DNA of 64,000 nucleotides from Candidatus Omnitrophota bacterium (GTDB lineage Bacteria; Omnitrophota; Gorgyraeia; 2-01-FULL-45-10): NCBI GenBank assembly GCA_026387175.1, contig JAPLME010000008.1, positions 77,091 to 141,090 of the forward strand, read 5' to 3'. Shown piece by piece: positions 39,121 to 48,388 of this stretch (position 1 is its first letter; each line of letters starts with the position of its first letter). The notes under the pieces were generated by a model. It saw only the letters and a program-made list of their open reading frames with translations, ran no database searches and was not told where the DNA came from. The position numbers and the translations under genes were made by a program.

Positions 39121-42100
39121 ATGATTATCCATTCTGTCAATAAACAGACCATATTAAATAAGATAATATCCCTCATAATGGTAGGGATATTTTGCTTTGC
39201 CAATGTCACCAGTTGGGCTGACCAGGCTTCTGACTCGACACTGGCACCCGCTTTATCTACCCAGCGACCGGAATTCCGTCAACGATTCTCCACAGCCGGA
39301 GCGCTTTTATCAGAAAATGCAGCTAACGCATACATTAGAAATCAGATAAAGAAGTTGAATATTAAGCCGGAGCTATATAAATATGAGTTTGAGACAAAAG
39401 AAGAAGTTTTGCTTGTGGTGATACCCGAGTTATTAGTAAACACCGGACAGTTTGCTCATATCGGCCTGGGCAGGTATTATGGAGAACCCGTCATATACAT
39501 CGACAGTGAAGTTAATAATTATGAAGAGGACCGTAATGTTGTCCTGAAACACGAAATAGAAACTATACGAGAATTCGAAAAGATAAGAAGAATGATATCT
39601 CAGGCTACTGATTCAGAGATAAGGGCCAACGAAATGAAGGATGAGATCATTAAGTATCTTGATTTGCCGGATCCCAGGTTGGCAAATACAGAATATGAGG
39701 GCCGAACTTATCGCGAGATAGAAAGAGAGGTTCACGCTAAAGCAGAACCACTTGATAAAGTATGTGAAAAATATTCCCATAAGGTAAATATCAATACTGA
39801 AGATATAGCGGGCCTATTGTCGTTATACGGAGAGGATCCCGCCGATATATATTATGATCCGAAAACCAGCGGATCCCTAAACATAGCTGCCGGGCCCAGG
39901 GCAGTAGCCGAAGATAAGAATTTCTCAGTTCAGGATACAAATACTAAGGGGGGCTTGGGCGCTTACACCGGAGACAAGTATGAGGGCCTCTCCGCTATGA
40001 ATGATAAAGGGAAAGAACCCGATGGCAGGAGTTGGATCATGGATAATGCGCCTGACTTGAGGGGAAAATTTCTCGTGACGCTTTCGATGGAGGGGAATAT
40101 TCCTGAGGCCGGAGATGACGATGAAGCTGTAATTCCGGAATATGATAATCCGGACGTGGAAGGTTTTCTGGCAATGGGGATACAGCCCGGGTATTCTCAC
40201 GTTCTGCATGATGGTAAAAAGATAAAGACCGATTACAGGCATCTGGTCAGGGCAGGAGTGTTGGAGCCGGTATTTGTAGGTAAAAATTCCATAAAGGTCC
40301 GGGCCTGGGAAGAGGATCCTAATGCTTTAACCTTGGATGAGGCAGATAATGATCCTAATAATCCGCTTATAAAAGTGGATGTATATAAGATTAATAGAGG
40401 CGGTACATGGTGCTATCTTCTCATGTCCGAGGTCTTCGATATACTGTACCCGGATCAAAGCTTATACGAAGGTAGCGGAGACGAGAAGATGATGAGGGGC
40501 AAGAGGCACAGATTTACGCAAGAGGTCGTCTTCGGTAAAGCCGCATTTGAGATAATAAAGAAACTTGACCGAAGACCCGATATACTTCATCTGAATGAAG
40601 CTCATACGGTTGTTGCCGCCGCGCTGATGCGTGCCGATAAGTCCTATGATAATACGGCGATAGTATATACTAACCATACTCTGGTCCCCGCCGGCCTGGA
40701 GAGATTCTCTACAGGAGTGATGAATACGGATGTAGACAGGATGACATATGTGCTCGGCTTTCCCGACGACAAAAGGGAGAAGAAAAAATTTGAAAAGTTC
40801 AGGTCCATGTTTGTCAAGACCGACAGACAAGGGCATGTCTACGTAGATTTTTGCCATGCGGCATTCCAGCTCGCCGATGTCATTAATGCCGTCAGTAATG
40901 AACATGCCAAGGCGACAGTAAAACTGTTCAAGATGATGTATGGCGACGAATTCAATAAACCCGTTATAGGGATATTGAACGGCTCCGGCGTGAGTTGGAA
41001 GTCAAAGGCTCTCAGCGAGTGGGAAGCGAAAGCCCCTCCTATTGCCGAAGCAGAAGATATATGGATGGATAAACTATGGGATATCCATGAAGAGAACAAG
41101 GCAGAAGCATTTGAAGAGATCAAGAATAGGACAGGTATATCGTTCGATCCCGAAAAACTGACGTTTTGGGCTGTCCGGCGGCTGGTAGATTATAAGAGCC
41201 AGTATCCGATGCTGAAATTCCTGGTCCATCTTATGACAGCGGACAGGAATGTTAGTTTCACTCGCGATGAACTGAGGGATACGTGGTTTCGGGACATAAG
41301 CGATCTGGAAGAGAATTACAGGAATAATGATTTTAACACAAAAACCATTGTTGATACTACCCTGGACAAGATATTTAATTACGGCGCGCGAAAAACGGTC
41401 AATGGATTGGGTGCGCAGGTTGTTGTAGGATGGCCGCCTCCCGCATACGAAGAGTTCTGGGCAAGTGAGTTCAAGAGATGGGAGAGCTTGCCGGACCTCG
41501 CTGGCCGATTTGCGGCAGTTGTCTCGGACTCGAAGTTTCTGAAGATGCAAGGGACATCGTCCGATGTCACCATAACGTCTCCCCGTCCGCTTGAAGAAGC
41601 CGCTGGCACTTCAGATCAGCGGACAGCCCTGAACGCAGGAGTCAATATATCGATAAAGGGTGCCGGGCCGGTAGAATGGATGGAGGACTATGACGAAGTA
41701 ACCGAAAAAGGGAGCGGTTTCTTCATAGGCGCATATGTTAACGAAACAGGCGATGGGTTATCGGCGGATTCTAGGAAATTCTATCATGAAGCGCCCGCTG
41801 ATATATTTGAAAAATCCGAAATAGCGTCCAGGCTGTTTTATGAAGATGGTAAAAAGAGATGGCGCCGCTTAATGTTAAATTCCTACAAGCGTGCCAATAA
41901 AATCGTTACCGCGCGTGCTATGGAGGAGAGATATGCGCTGGATGCGTATGTGCCCGCGATCATGGCAAGGCAGAATACCAGGATAATATCAGAAGTGGCT
42001 TTGAAGAACTACCGCGATGAAGAGCATAATCTATCCGGTCTCAAGGCCTTGCAAAAAGACCTGCCATTTATGACGGCGGCCGGTGTCAAATATGTGTATT

Positions 42101-44739
42101 TACTGGGCCTTATGAAGAATAACGGTCACCCATTTGAAATATTGGATCCTAAGAATATCGATAATCGGGTGGGATCAGTTGCCGACCTGAAAGAGTTCAT
42201 AGATATGGCGCACCAACCCCGTCATGGCATAAATGTTATTATGGACTGGATCGCCAATCAACACGTAGCTAAAGACAGTGACATTTGCCGGGAGCATCCC
42301 GAGAGATTCTTATATACGAATGTCAGTGATGGCAATTATGGTTTGGATAGGGAAGTAAGGCCCTATCGAGGAAGCTCTATGCCTAAGGATGAGTTACTCA
42401 GGCGCATAGAAGTCGGAAGGAAGCTGAATGAAATAATATCAAGTATGACACCGGATGAACTGGCGGAAGAGGGGTCGATCGAGATCGACGGTCGCACTAT
42501 ATATTATAAATTGGGGGATGAGGATATAAGAGAGAAGGTAGCCGGCGCGAAGACGCCCTACAGGCCTGTCATAGTTTCCGGAGGAGATGCGCTTTTCCTA
42601 GTCTCCGCGACCGACCTGGTATCGTTAAAAGATAAGTTTCCGCGCAGGTGGAGTGCGCTGGCACAGCCGGACCTTTCCAATTCCGATGTGATACGGGAGG
42701 CGATCGAGATAGGCCGCTATTGGCTGAAGATGGGAGTGGACGGTTTTAGGATCGACGCGGCTATGGCTACATTTGCCGATAGAATAAAAAAGAATTGGGG
42801 AATAGATGTCCCGGTAAACCTTATAGCTACTTTCGTAGCCGAGATGCGTAAAATAAAACCCGATTGTTACTTAATGATGGGGGATCTTGAGAGGCAGCGG
42901 GAACTTCTTGAGCTCGCTGATAACAAGGATTGTTCGGCCTATTCAGATGAATGCAAAGGTTGTATGACAGATGCGCTTACGTCTTATGATAAGACGGCCG
43001 CGCTTCTTGCTTACTTGCGGAGTTTGGAAAGCGTGCCACGCGAGGTTCGAGAGAACATGATATATCTTGGCCCGGAGCATGATGCGTTTACTTTTGGAGA
43101 CGCATGGTCCAACCTGAGCTACCAAGACAGTAATATTATCCATTTTCTCTGCACCTTTCTACCTGGCTACCAACTGATCTTAAACGGCGAGATCTACGGT
43201 TCCCGGAATTATCATAACGGTGAAGCGCTTAAAGAACCCCATATTTTGCGCCCGGAAGAAGCGGATCCCGTAACGAGAGAGGTCAGGAAAAAGATATTTT
43301 CTCTGCCCAGACAGTATAGGCAATTATTGGATGGAGAATATCACTATTTGGAGACCGATGCCCCCTGGCATGCTCTGGGCATAGCGCGTTTTGACAATGA
43401 TACGATCGTTATAGGAGCGTTCAACACTACCGCAAATGACGGGTGGGCTACATTTGACATGAAGAGGGTCATCAATATACAGGTTAATCCTCTGGAGATA
43501 GATAAGGTGGAATACATTAAGGAGGGAATGCAGCTTAAAGGGGACGGAAAGACGTGGGTAACCGTAAGTTCGAAAAAGATTAAGGCGTCAGACTTGTTCA
43601 ATGATGGTTTTGGCGTGAATGTGGGACCTAAGGGATGCGAGGTGATACGACTCAAAAAACTGCCAATTAATGCAAGCGTAGGAGCGGTTTCGAAAGAGCC
43701 AGTTAAGCCTGAGAGGAAAGGGTCACTCTCAAAGGGGCTGAGATCTTTAGGGGGGGCGGATGCAGAGAGCCGTATATTCAGGGAGAATGCCGTTACCGCC
43801 AGGACATTCGCGGAAATGAGAGGCTACTCCTTGACCACTGTGCGTTCAGAATTGAATGATCTGATCACACTGGGCATTGCCAGCGTAGAGAAGAAGGGCA
43901 ATGCTAACCTATATTATCTGTCGGATCGGCTTGCAATGGCTCCTCCAGGGGCAGCAAATAAGGCGATTAGTAAAATTATAGATCTTTTAGAGACCGGCCT
44001 CCACATTAAAGACCCCGCCCGTATACCTGAAAAGAAAATGCCGCTAGTTAAGGCACGGGTAAATAAGATATTGGACTCCTTACCTGCGATAGCCGGAACC
44101 AATAGCCTGGGTTCTCAAATGGCCCAGGTTAAGGATCTTCCTGTGAGTGCGCCAAGTCCCGTTGTCAAAAAGTCCATCGAAGAAGATGTTGGGAGAGTTC
44201 TCTCGCTATTTTCGGAACTTGCCAAAAAATTTAATGAAGGCATGACTTACGAAATACGATATGACGAAAATAGGCTTTCAGGGTGCCCTCATAGCGAAGA
44301 GATACTGGACGCCTATAAACGATTGATCGAGAGACGAATGGGACGCGAAAATAAAGTAAAGTTGATTCCGTCGTTGGGCATGGAGGCGCTAATATCCGTT
44401 AAATGCTATAAAGATGAAAAATTGGCCGGAGAAGGTGCTGTCGATATTAATCATGATGTCGACCTTGCCATGCATCCTGTGCGTATCGTATCTCTACTGA
44501 ATATGGCGTTTGCGGAAGCGCATATAAGGGGAGGCATTACTTACGACCAGATGGACTACTGGGAAAAAGGCCTCATTGCTTTAATTAAATCTGAATGCAA
44601 AGCTGTTACAGGTATGGATATATCCGAAGATACGGTGCGTGAATTTATCAAAAACCTGCCGAGAGTAGAGGCCCTTCCAATTGATAGCATAGAAGAATAT
44701 AACCGCCTTACGGTGCTTAAGCTGCAGCAGTCCGCTTAA
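39121..44739 (+). CDS. giant (1,872 aa) signal-anchored multidomain protein: GT35-like glucan-phosphorylase region, GH13 alpha-amylase-family catalytic domain and a C-terminal winged-helix-like region
   Basis: A single uninterrupted ORF. GT35-type motifs: GGLGAYTGD (~39947), LHLNEAHTV (~40590), YTNHTLVPAGLERF (~40675), NAVSNEHAKATVKLF (~40890), GILNGSGVSW (~40975). GH13 regions I-IV in canonical order: VIMDWIANQH (~42240), GVDGFRIDAAMA (~42740), YLMMGDLE (~42870), YLGPEHDAF (~43065). The N-terminus has a hydrophobic segment. Confidence 0.7.
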   Translation: MIIHSVNKQTILNKIISLIMVGIFCFANVTSWADQASDSTLAPALSTQRPEFRQRFSTAGALLSENAANAYIRNQIKKLNIKPELYKYEFETKEEVLLVVIPELLVNTGQFAHIGLGRYYGEPVIYIDSEVNNYEEDRNVVLKHEIETIREFEKIRRMISQATDSEIRANEMKDEIIKYLDLPDPRLANTEYEGRTYREIEREVHAKAEPLDKVCEKYSHKVNINTEDIAGLLSLYGEDPADIYYDPKTSGSLNIAAGPRAVAEDKNFSVQDTNTKGGLGAYTGDKYEGLSAMNDKGKEPDGRSWIMDNAPDLRGKFLVTLSMEGNIPEAGDDDEAVIPEYDNPDVEGFLAMGIQPGYSHVLHDGKKIKTDYRHLVRAGVLEPVFVGKNSIKVRAWEEDPNALTLDEADNDPNNPLIKVDVYKINRGGTWCYLLMSEVFDILYPDQSLYEGSGDEKMMRGKRHRFTQEVVFGKAAFEIIKKLDRRPDILHLNEAHTVVAAALMRADKSYDNTAIVYTNHTLVPAGLERFSTGVMNTDVDRMTYVLGFPDDKREKKKFEKFRSMFVKTDRQGHVYVDFCHAAFQLADVINAVSNEHAKATVKLFKMMYGDEFNKPVIGILNGSGVSWKSKALSEWEAKAPPIAEAEDIWMDKLWDIHEENKAEAFEEIKNRTGISFDPEKLTFWAVRRLVDYKSQYPMLKFLVHLMTADRNVSFTRDELRDTWFRDISDLEENYRNNDFNTKTIVDTTLDKIFNYGARKTVNGLGAQVVVGWPPPAYEEFWASEFKRWESLPDLAGRFAAVVSDSKFLKMQGTSSDVTITSPRPLEEAAGTSDQRTALNAGVNISIKGAGPVEWMEDYDEVTEKGSGFFIGAYVNETGDGLSADSRKFYHEAPADIFEKSEIASRLFYEDGKKRWRRLMLNSYKRANKIVTARAMEERYALDAYVPAIMARQNTRIISEVALKNYRDEEHNLSGLKALQKDLPFMTAAGVKYVYLLGLMKNNGHPFEILDPKNIDNRVGSVADLKEFIDMAHQPRHGINVIMDWIANQHVAKDSDICREHPERFLYTNVSDGNYGLDREVRPYRGSSMPKDELLRRIEVGRKLNEIISSMTPDELAEEGSIEIDGRTIYYKLGDEDIREKVAGAKTPYRPVIVSGGDALFLVSATDLVSLKDKFPRRWSALAQPDLSNSDVIREAIEIGRYWLKMGVDGFRIDAAMATFADRIKKNWGIDVPVNLIATFVAEMRKIKPDCYLMMGDLERQRELLELADNKDCSAYSDECKGCMTDALTSYDKTAALLAYLRSLESVPREVRENMIYLGPEHDAFTFGDAWSNLSYQDSNIIHFLCTFLPGYQLILNGEIYGSRNYHNGEALKEPHILRPEEADPVTREVRKKIFSLPRQYRQLLDGEYHYLETDAPWHALGIARFDNDTIVIGAFNTTANDGWATFDMKRVINIQVNPLEIDKVEYIKEGMQLKGDGKTWVTVSSKKIKASDLFNDGFGVNVGPKGCEVIRLKKLPINASVGAVSKEPVKPERKGSLSKGLRSLGGADAESRIFRENAVTARTFAEMRGYSLTTVRSELNDLITLGIASVEKKGNANLYYLSDRLAMAPPGAANKAISKIIDLLETGLHIKDPARIPEKKMPLVKARVNKILDSLPAIAGTNSLGSQMAQVKDLPVSAPSPVVKKSIEEDVGRVLSLFSELAKKFNEGMTYEIRYDENRLSGCPHSEEILDAYKRLIERRMGRENKVKLIPSLGMEALISVKCYKDEKLAGEGAVDINHDVDLAMHPVRIVSLLNMAFAEAHIRGGITYDQMDYWEKGLIALIKSECKAVTGMDISEDTVREFIKNLPRVEALPIDSIEEYNRLTVLKLQQSA

Positions 44740-44776
44740 CGTATATCCCTGATATATAGACTAATAAATTTTTTTC

Positions 44777-44805
44777 TTGACATAATGATACTAAAATGGT
44801 ATCAT
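44777..44805 (+). promoter_or_regulatory. near-consensus promoter with an embedded inverted repeat (candidate Rrf2 operator), probably giving a leaderless rrf2 transcript
   Basis: TTGACA (44777-44782), a 17-nt spacer, then TATCAT (44800-44805). The inverted repeat ATGATAC-n7-GTATCAT (44785-44805) overlaps the spacer and -10. The ATG at 44812 is 7 nt after the -10. Confidence 0.5.
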
Positions 44806-44811
44806 TCTGCC

Positions 44812-45219
44812 ATGAAACTTTTAACAAGAAATGCCGACTATGCTGTGCGCGCGATATGCTGTATGGCATCGAAGCCCGGAAGAGCGGTTACCGTTACGGA
44901 ATTAACAGACGAACTGAAGATGCCCCGGCCGTTCTTAAGGAAGATACTGCAGAGATTAAATAAAGTAGGAATGGTTAGGTCGGCCAGGGGCAAGGATGGC
45001 GGTTTCAGGCTTGCGAAGGATCCTTATAAGATAACCCTCGCTGATTTTATAGAGACGTTTCAGGGGCCGTTCCGCATTAACGAGTGTGTATTTAAGAAGA
45101 AGGTGTGCCCAAATACAAAGATATGCTCTCTAAAGCGCAAGATAGACGAAATTGAAGATTATGTTGAAGCTAAATTAAGGTCGGTATCGATAGGCTCCAT
45201 CTTAAATAAGGAAGCGTAG
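44812..45219 (+). CDS. Rrf2 family transcriptional regulator
   Basis: The N-terminus MKLLTRNADYAVRAICCMA is typical of an Rrf2 wHTH. The start is taken at 44812 rather than 44785, which lies inside the promoter. Confidence 0.75.
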   Translation: MKLLTRNADYAVRAICCMASKPGRAVTVTELTDELKMPRPFLRKILQRLNKVGMVRSARGKDGGFRLAKDPYKITLADFIETFQGPFRINECVFKKKVCPNTKICSLKRKIDEIEDYVEAKLRSVSIGSILNKEA

Positions 45220-45223
45220 GATA

Positions 45224-45880
45224 ATGGCAAAGAGGAAGATAATAAAGATAGATGAGGCTAAATGCAATGGCTGCGGGAAGTGCATACTGAATTGCCATGA
45301 AGGGGCGATACAGATCATAGATAAGAAGGCGCGCCTTATCGGCGACTTATTCTGCGATGGGCTTGGCGCCTGCATCGGCCATTGTCCACAGGGCGCTATT
45401 ACTATAGAGGAAAGAGAGGCCGCGCCGTATGATGAGAAGAAGGCTATGGCAAATATTGTTAAGCACGGGTTTTCCGGATGTCCCGGATCGAGAGTTATCG
45501 ATATGAATAAGGCGGCTGAACTCAAGACGTGGCCCGTCCAGATCATGCTTGTTCCGGTCAATGCGCCGTATTTTAACGGGGCAGACCTGTTGATAGCCGC
45601 GGACTGCGTGCCGTTCGCATACGCCGATTTCCACCAGGATATATTAAAAGGCAAGGTGCTTCTCGTGGGGTGCCCGAAGCTGGATGACCTTGCGGTATAT
45701 AAGGAGAAAATCTCCGCTATAGTAAATAATAACGATGTTAAGTCCATAACATATGCCCACATGGAAGTACCTTGTTGTTACGGTCTCATCAATGTAATAA
45801 AAGAAGCGATCGAGAAATCGAAGAAGGCAATTCCTTTTAAGGATATAACCATTACGATAAGAGGCGAGAAGAGAGAATGA
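45224..45880 (+). CDS. 2x[4Fe-4S] ferredoxin-domain protein with a C-terminal Cys-containing domain
   Basis: 218 aa with two CxxCxxCxxxCP motifs (CNGCGKCILNCHEG; CDGLGACIGHCPQG) and a C-terminal domain ending CCYG. Confidence 0.6.
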   Translation: MAKRKIIKIDEAKCNGCGKCILNCHEGAIQIIDKKARLIGDLFCDGLGACIGHCPQGAITIEEREAAPYDEKKAMANIVKHGFSGCPGSRVIDMNKAAELKTWPVQIMLVPVNAPYFNGADLLIAADCVPFAYADFHQDILKGKVLLVGCPKLDDLAVYKEKISAIVNNNDVKSITYAHMEVPCCYGLINVIKEAIEKSKKAIPFKDITITIRGEKRE

Positions 45881-46128
45881 TATTCAATTGTCCGGGTTCA
45901 AGTAGATTCAAACAGCCGAAGGCTGAGATCGTGAAATGCCCGTTTTGCGAAGGAGATGTGGAGATATGGGACGATGAGGCCGGCGCTTCATGCCCGAAGT
46001 GTAAGAGAACCGTTTCCCGCAGCGGCGTGCAATGCTGTATAGACTGGTGCAGGCATGCCCGGGAGTGCGTGGGCGTAGAAACTTATAAAAAGTATATGGA
46101 GAATAAAAAAGGAAAAGGAGGCGTATGA
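45877..46128 (+). CDS. small cysteine-rich (zinc-ribbon-like) protein
   Basis: 83 aa with CPFCEG...CPKCKR and CCIDWCRHAREC. It is overlap-coupled to both neighbours (ATGA at each end). Confidence 0.4.
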   Translation: MIFNCPGSSRFKQPKAEIVKCPFCEGDVEIWDDEAGASCPKCKRTVSRSGVQCCIDWCRHARECVGVETYKKYMENKKGKGGV

Positions 46129-47435
46129 TGTTTTGTTACCAGTGCGAACAGACAGCGGGAGGAACAGGCTGCACAAAAATGGGAGTATGCGGAAAGAATG
46201 AAGATGTTCAGAGCCTGCAGGATATATTGTTGTACGGCCTTAAAGGCATAGCGGCTTACGCTTATCATGCCAGAGAGCTTGGAGCAAAGAATGACGAGGT
46301 CGACGCGTTCATGCATGAGGCGCTCTTCAAGACCGTTACGAATGTGAGTTTCGACCTTGGCCAGCATCTCGATATGGTGCTTAAGTGCGGAATGATGAAT
46401 CTGAGAGTGATGGAGCTCCTGGACAGGGCCCACACGCAGAAGTTCGGAAATCCCGTTCCGACAGAGGTCGAGACCGGAACCAGAAAAGGGCCGGGCATAC
46501 TCGTCACAGGCCACGATCTCCTGGATTTATATGAGCTTTTAAAACAGACTGAAGGAACTGGCGTTGATGTATACACTCATTCCGAGATGCTTCCAGCCCA
46601 CGCATATCCGGTGCTTAAAAAATTCAAACACCTTGTAGGAAATTATGGCGGAGCATGGCAGGAGCAGAAGAAGGAGTTTAAAGAGTTCTCCGGGGTGCTC
46701 CTGGCCACTACGAATTGCGTCCTTATCCCGCCGGATAACACATATCTTGACAGACTTTTCACTATAGGCATTACGGGAATTCCCGGAGCGAAACATCTGA
46801 AGACGAGGGACTTCTCGGAGGTCATCCGGAAAGCAAAGTCGCTTCCACCTTTACCGGAAGCGTCGGGTAAGAAGATCATGACAGGGTTCCATCATACCGC
46901 CATACTTGGCATGGCGGACAAGATAGTCGCGGCTGTCAAAGCGGGGAAGATAAAGCGTTTCTTCCTCATAGGCGGATGCGACGGCTCAAAGCCCGGGCGC
47001 AACTATTATACGGAGTTTGCCGAGAAGGTGCCCAAGGATTGTGTGATACTGACGCTCGCGTGCGGCAAATACAGGTTTAACAAGCTGGACTTCGGGAGCA
47101 TCGACGGTATTCCGCGCCTGATCGATGTAGGCCAGTGCAACAATGCTTATTCGGCGATACAGGTTGCGCTCGCGCTTTCAAAAGCGTTTAACTGCGGCGT
47201 GAACGACCTGCCGCTATCGATGGTGCTGTCATGGTTCGAGCAGAAAGCGGTTGCGATACTTCTGACGCTATTGGCGTTGAACGTTAAGGGCATACGCGTT
47301 GGCCCTACGCCTCCGGCATTCATTACGCCAAATGTCTTTAAGGTGCTTCAGGATAAGTTCGATCTTAAATTGATAACCACCGCCGAAAAGGACCTGGACG
47401 ATATATTGAAAAGAAGCGCTGATATAATAATCTGA
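46125..47435 (+). CDS. hcp: hybrid cluster protein / hydroxylamine reductase (short form)
   Basis: 436 aa. It begins MFCYQCEQTAGGTGCT, the Hcp N-terminal cubane-cluster motif. Confidence 0.85.
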   Translation: MMFCYQCEQTAGGTGCTKMGVCGKNEDVQSLQDILLYGLKGIAAYAYHARELGAKNDEVDAFMHEALFKTVTNVSFDLGQHLDMVLKCGMMNLRVMELLDRAHTQKFGNPVPTEVETGTRKGPGILVTGHDLLDLYELLKQTEGTGVDVYTHSEMLPAHAYPVLKKFKHLVGNYGGAWQEQKKEFKEFSGVLLATTNCVLIPPDNTYLDRLFTIGITGIPGAKHLKTRDFSEVIRKAKSLPPLPEASGKKIMTGFHHTAILGMADKIVAAVKAGKIKRFFLIGGCDGSKPGRNYYTEFAEKVPKDCVILTLACGKYRFNKLDFGSIDGIPRLIDVGQCNNAYSAIQVALALSKAFNCGVNDLPLSMVLSWFEQKAVAILLTLLALNVKGIRVGPTPPAFITPNVFKVLQDKFDLKLITTAEKDLDDILKRSADIII

Positions 47436-47443
47436 AAGAGAGG

Positions 47444-48298
47444 ATGCATATGGCACGAACCGTGATGTTCCAGGGTAACGCGCTCACTCTTGTGGGCAGG
47501 ATAGCGAAGGTCGGAATGCGGGCCTCTGATTTCAAAGTCGTTTCACAGGAGATGAGAGATGTTAGCCTGTCCGATTTTAAGGGCAGGATAAAGGTGATAT
47601 CCTCATTTCCTTCGCTCGATACTCCTGTCTGCGATCTGCAGGTGAAGGAATTCAACAAGAGGGCTTCGGCGTTTTCTCAGGATGTAGTCGTTATAGGCAT
47701 ATCTAAGGACCTGCCTTTCGCGCAGAAGAGGTTCTGCAGCGAACATAATATAAATAACGAGCCGGTCCTATCCGATTACAAGACGTCCTCCTTCGGTATA
47801 AATTATGGGATGCTTATAAAAGAGCTGAATCTGCTGGCGCGTTCTGTGAGAATTATAGATAAGAACGACATCGTCCGCTATATCCAGTTAGCACCCGAGA
47901 TCACCAAGCCTTTAAATTATGATGACGCTGTCACGGCGCTTGATGAGGTCATGAAGAACCCGGCATCTGCCGTAAAGGAGGAACTGCCGTCTAAGTGTAA
48001 GCCGTGCGAGGGCATAGCGGCGCCTATTCCGAAAGCTGAAATCGAGAAGCTGGCTGCCCGGAACCCTTCCTGGGAGGTAATAGAAGGTAAGAAGATAGTG
48101 AAAGAATTCAAATTCAAAGATTTCCCGGAAGCTAAATATTTTCTTGATACCATTTCAGTGATTGCGGAAGAACAGGGCCACCATCCTACGCTTACTTTGA
48201 TGTATAATAAGCTTAAAATTACGCTCACGACTCGAGCCGCGGGAGGACTCACAGAAAATGATTTTATAATGGCCGGTATTATAGACGGCATGCTTTGA
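47444..48298 (+). CDS. fusion of thiol peroxidase (Tpx) with a pterin-4a-carbinolamine dehydratase (PCD/DCoH) domain
   Basis: The N-terminal ~165 aa are Tpx (SFPSLDTPVCDLQ). The C-terminal ~95 aa align with PCD, including FKFKDF...EEQGHHP...YNKLKITLTT against the PCD consensus F.F.DF...E...HHP...YN.V.I.L.TH. Confidence 0.75.
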   Translation: MHMARTVMFQGNALTLVGRIAKVGMRASDFKVVSQEMRDVSLSDFKGRIKVISSFPSLDTPVCDLQVKEFNKRASAFSQDVVVIGISKDLPFAQKRFCSEHNINNEPVLSDYKTSSFGINYGMLIKELNLLARSVRIIDKNDIVRYIQLAPEITKPLNYDDAVTALDEVMKNPASAVKEELPSKCKPCEGIAAPIPKAEIEKLAARNPSWEVIEGKKIVKEFKFKDFPEAKYFLDTISVIAEEQGHHPTLTLMYNKLKITLTTRAAGGLTENDFIMAGIIDGML

Positions 48299-48388
48299 TC
48301 CGTGTAAATTGTCGAAAAATCCTGAAAAATCTGATATAATGATGCCGTTGCAAAAGTCTAAAATCTTAAGGAAGGAGGGATCGATAAG

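Noticed and set aside
44785-44811. Upstream ATG start for the Rrf2 gene.
   Set aside because: It lies inside the -35/-10 promoter and inverted-repeat operator. The conserved Rrf2 N-terminus begins at 44812.
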